Shown here one piece after another: positions 59,225 to 64,000 of a stretch of 64,000 nt of DNA. Below the pieces are notes generated by a model. That model saw nothing but the letters and a program-made list of their open reading frames with translations. It did no database searches and was not told the DNA's origin. The DNA lies in assembly GCA_964016885.1 (NCBI GenBank), contig OZ024741.1, positions 290,904,001-290,968,000 on the forward strand, in the 5' to 3' direction. The translations under genes and the position numbers were made by a program. This stretch comes from Eledone cirrhosa (lineage: Eukaryota). The stretch's first letter is position 1, and each line of letters opens with the position of its first letter.

Positions 59225-60826
59225 CATACATGCAACAACCCAATCTAGCAACATTGTCATCAATGGCCTAACTGTTTCACCAATATCTGATGAGGACTGC
59301 TACAGATACCTGGGGATAGGTGAGAACATATCCTATAATAGTTTCTGTAATAAGGAACGCGTAACCAGGGAATACTACACCCGATTAAGAAAGATCTGGT
59401 CATCGGAACTCTGCGCAAAACAAATCAATGGCTCACAATGTGTTTGCTGTGCCTGTCCTAATACTAACGTTTGGAATACTCAATTGGACGATAGACGAAC
59501 TCGAAAAATACTAAACAACACCGGAAACTTCCACATCAACAGTGACATAGACCGCCTTTATTGAAACGTAAGCCGGGAGGCAGGGGCATAACATCAGTCC
59601 AGACAGCATTTGAATGTCACATCATATCCCTCCGACATCTATGAACCTCGAGGCGTCGTTTCCCGTCTCTCGAACAAGTCTATCTGCATGAAACATAAAA
59701 TCATGAGAGTTGGGAAGGAACTTCTTGAAAGATATTCCCTGTGAGATAATCAAAAACTCACACCCATGGAAGTCGCTCAGAAGTATCGCAGTGAATCCAT
59801 GAATGAAAAACTGCATGCTTCTCAGTAAAGAATCATGCATGGATATGTTGCCAGGAAGCTCCAGAGTGAGAGTAATATAGATAAAGAAAGTAGTCTACCT
59901 TGGACCAACAACCGCTATATTGGCTCCCACTTTGAAGGATATGCTCTTGCAATCCAAGAACAGGAAATCAACACTGATTCACAAAAGAGATAGGGATGCA
60001 GGAAAACACCTAGATGTGATAAGTGCAGACTCTGCAGAATTAACATCGAAGATGTCATCCATGTCATAAGCAGCTGTCCAAAGATGTCATCGCGGTACTA
60101 TCTACCTATGAGGCATGATGTAGTGGCCAAAACACTGTACAATGCAATCCGTAGAAACGATAGCCCCGATAATATACACAACAATGTGGAAGACATACAT
60201 ATACATAATATGAAAGAGTACTGATGGAATGTTCCAATAAAACCCCAATAAAATGCAGGCATAACGGACCAGTTATTATGATATGGGACAGGGAAAAGAA
60301 GGTAGACACAGTAGTGGAGGTTAGCTGCCCAGCAGATGCCAATATAATATCAAAGATTAGCGAAAAGGAGAATATTTATGCAGAACTGATGAGAAATCTG
60401 CAGATACTCCACCCTGATTACACCTTCAGATTTATGCCTGTGATTATTGGGGCTTCAGATATGTTATTAACTGCCTCAATACAAATCTTGAGAAGCTGGG
60501 CTTCACAGGAACAGAAAGAATACATCTAGTTAGGAAATTACAAGTACAATCCATTAATGTAACAGTAAAAATATGTAAAACATTCCAAAGATTTTGCATC
60601 TAATAACTGCATATACACATGTACAGATATAAGCATATACACATGCACACATACAACTCAAAATACACATCCACACATACAATAACATCCATATCTACAC
60701 ATGCATGCAGACATGCATACATATCTACCTAGTTGATGTGTGAATTCCAAAGAGAGAGTCTTGTGTCTATGTTAGAAACCGACTCTCTCTCTATTGGCAA
60801 ACATTTGTGAAATTATAAAACCAGAA
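59225..60826 (+). mobile_element. Second Dong/R4-like LINE remnant with 3' end
   Basis: YRYLGI, EYYTRLRKIWSSEL, FHINSDIDRLY, EGYALAIQEQEINT, CRLC...EDVIHVISSCP, RHDVVAK, VVEVSCP. Confidence 0.82.
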
Positions 60827-61210
60827 CACACACAGACACACAATACAATAACCAGCTTTCCCGCCTTCACTACATACACTTAGGAATATTTCCATATGTG
60901 CCACAATGGAAATAAATAGAATCAATGTGAATCACACTAGGAGGTAGTGTCCATGGTGTGGCTTGGGCTGTAGGTGAACAACAAATATTTCAACTTTGTT
61001 ATTTATACGGCTTCTTTCATTCTATTAATGCTTTGTATTTAAAAGTATTTATTTGATGTTTCTGCCTGAATTGAAAAAAAAAAAGAAATACTGGAGGCTA
61101 TATACGTAAGCACATTTAAGTACGTTCATGCAATTTTATGCATCGGTTTACACACACACACACGTATGTATGTATGTATGGTGTGTGTATGTGTGTATGT
61201 ATGCGGGTAT

Positions 61211-61261
<51 letters not shown>

Positions 61262-61594
61262 GAGAGAGTGAGTGAGTGATAATTCTTTTTAAAGCCGGTA
61301 CAATGCAGTAGAAAATTTTACGAAGGGTATATGATGACAAATGCAAGAAAACAAAATAAAGTAGTGTTTTACCCAATGTAATTTAGCGGCATGTTTCAGG
61401 GCTATTACCTTCTTTTAATATACGCAACTGAAAAGGGGGTAACAACATTTTGGGGACTCGAATAAAACGCTAACCGACCTAGCAACAAAAAAATTAAAGG
61501 TAGTAACAACGCAGAAAGGTCAGCGTCATTATACCTTTCCTCCTGCCACATATCAAATGCCATATTTGCAAAAGAGCCTGTGGTTCCCATATGA

Positions 61595-61645
<51 letters not shown>

Positions 61646-63310
61646 GAGAGAGAGAGAGGGGGAGGGCGAATCAGAGAAACAAAGGGAGTTTATTCAAATA
61701 CTGCCATACACATATATATGTGTGTGTATAGCGCACACATGAGCCATTAAAATTATTCCTCCCACTGTTGCCATCATCATTGGTGTTATTAAATAGTTTA
61801 TTTGTTCCAGCACTACCTGTGGAATTCTAATGGCTTTTCTTTTTTAAGACTACTAACGGGTACACATATATACTAAAACTGAAGTATGTACACACATAAC
61901 AAATATTTATACTAAGTATTCTCACCCTTGCATACATAGTTAATAGAAAAATATGTGTTCATATGTGTGCGTGTTTCGCTAAGCGCGCGTATGTGTATGT
62001 CTGCTTTTCGTCGTGTGACTTTCTTGAAGCGGGGTTCTTTAGAAAATACAAAAGACACACATACACGTAGATATATATTTATATTTTGACAGAAATATAA
62101 ACATGTGTTTGTATATAAATTAATATGAGCGTTCTCAATGTTAAAATAAGTGAATATACACATACACACACACACAATATCTATCCATCCATCTATCTAT
62201 CTTTATATATATACGTGTGTGTGTCTCAGAGCACTTAACTCCATGTGGATTCGTGAGAATGCCGTGCCGTCATGAAATACGGAATTTATTAGGTATTTAA
62301 ACATGGTGAGCCTATCTCTCGCGTAGCCAATAATTTCTAGACCAACACATAGCGCGCGAGCGAGCGACAAAGAGTGATAGAGTGTGTGCGAGAAAAAGCG
62401 TGTAAATTATATAGTGGATGGAATTTTCTTGTATTTATTGATCTAGAAGAGTTAAAGACAAAACTAATCCTCAGCGGAATTTGAATTCAGAAAGCCTACC
62501 GCCGGAACTAATACCACATAGGATTTTATGTAAAATTATAACAATTCGTGTGTGTGGTTGTGTGCGCGCTCGTGTGTGTTTGTGTGCGTACGTGGTGAGA
62601 AAACGAATTTGATATTGTAAAATTGGCCTATATCAGAGAAAAATACTATTTTAACTCATAGAAAAATCGATAAAATAACCAAATACTGTATGGGCAAAAA
62701 TGTTTAAGGACAGACACCATCGACTAGTGGTCGACAAAAGAGACAATCCACGAGGTGGGTGACAATCAGTTGAAATATAGAAAAGATTGAGAGATGGGGA
62801 GGACAAAGAGAACTTTGTTGGCGCATAGAAGTGTCTGGAAGAAGAAATTAAAGTAAACAATGCTTATTCATTTAACTATTTTAACTGTTGTCACGGTTCC
62901 CTCTTAGACGTGAAATACCACTTCTTTTGCGAGCACTGGGACTTCAATATCAATGTATAATAGTTTTTTTTTTACGCAAAATGGCATCAGTTTCTTAACG
63001 CTCTCTCACGTTTTACGTATATATGTAAGATTTAACATATTTAATGTTAGCATGTTTAAATGTGTGAATATATTAAATTTACACATTTAAACATGCGTAA
63101 ATATATTTAGAAGAAATAAACTTCGTAATTAAATAATATTGTACTTATTATGTCAGCAACTTCTAATTTCTTGTTTCGGTAGTATTCAGGTAGACTTCAC
63201 CAGACTTTGCATAGACACATAGTTATGTGCGCTTAATTATGTATGTATGTACGTATGCATGCATATATGTATTTAAGCATGCATGTATGTGTTTGTTTGT
63301 TAAACCATAC

Positions 63311-63387
63311 TACATATTACACGGTGTTTCCCGTCTCCGTTCTTCAGCAAATGCAAATTGCGAATAGCGGTTCGTGAAGTTTCCAGC
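63311..63387 (-). CDS. Candidate upstream FGF exon (phase 2 to phase 1)
   Basis: tttcttgtag acceptor, gtatgg donor; phase-compatible with 46211; LETSRTAIRNLHLLKNGDGKHRVIC is only weakly FGF-like. Confidence 0.28.
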
Positions 63388-63441
63388 CTACAAGAAATAT
63401 GATAATGCTAACATACGCACCGTGTGATCTTTTTTCGAATC

Positions 63442-63563
<122 letters not shown>

Positions 63564-63851
63564 TTGTGTAAGTGCATGTGTGTATGTGCATTTTCCTGTT
63601 TTCGGCCATGTATATTTAGGTGTGTGCGTTTGATTTTGTAAGGGTGTGTAGTAAAGAGAAAGCAAGGTGCCAGGGCGTCGAATGCGCTACAGAAATTTGG
63701 CACGTAAGTCTGTTGTTGTACATTGGCTCAGTTTGTTTTATGTGTAAGAGGAATAGGTAAGGGTATTTTCTGAGAAATTAACTGCGGTAGTCTAGCGTCA
63801 TGTTTGAAATTTGAATGGATGTGTCTCTTCATTTACTAAAAGCTATCTTAC

Positions 63852-63897
63852 GTAAACCTCCTCTTTGTAACATCTGCCACATTAATTGTTACGATTT
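63852..63897 (-). CDS. Candidate small upstream exon (phase 1 to phase 2)
   Basis: Strong acceptor tttgctttctttcgtttatag, donor gtaaga; xIVTINVADVTKRRFT, in frame with 63311-63387. Confidence 0.25.
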
Positions 63898-64000
63898 CTA
63901 TAAACGAAAGAAAGCAAACAATCATTAAAAAACCCGCAAATATGAAGGTACTATAAAATATTAACAGATGCACAGACAGCCTACCAAAGAAACGGTTTCG

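Noticed and set aside
61405-61608. Minus-strand ORF with hydrophobic stretch ending at AG|GTAATA, as a possible FGF signal-peptide exon
   Set aside because: Hydrophobicity comes from a T-rich tract, the phase-2 end does not fit exon 46211, and there is no other support

Overview
Repeat-saturated, very AT-rich animal genomic DNA, most likely an octopod cephalopod (inferred from the SINE families and the huge (TA)n/(CATA)n tracts). There is one assembly gap (36568-36767). The only host gene I can support is a minus-strand FGF-family gene: two clear exons at 46111-46211 and 42750-43028, plus weak upstream candidates near 63.3-63.9 kb. The rest is transposon material: Penelope-like elements (PLEs) with a C-terminal GIY-YIG domain, CR1-, CRE-, RTE- and Dong/R4-type LINE remnants, a full-length hAT with TIRs, a Chapaev3 remnant, tRNA-SINEs and a bipartite RTE-derived SINE. 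The most striking unexplained structure lies in the first ~21 kb, where small non-coding modules sit inside (TA)n and carry type I hammerhead-ribozyme motifs. These include two head-to-head arrays of a ~430-bp hammerhead-bearing tandem repeat (retrozyme-like), long near-perfect palindromes with a hammerhead on each strand, and a direct fusion of the 430-bp repeat to a GIY-YIG PLE fragment. Two hammerheads (19108-19205 and 44005-44098) show the compensatory U3-A8 core. Together these suggest a (TA)n-targeted PLE/retrozyme system. All family assignments and RNA folds were made by eye, without database searches.
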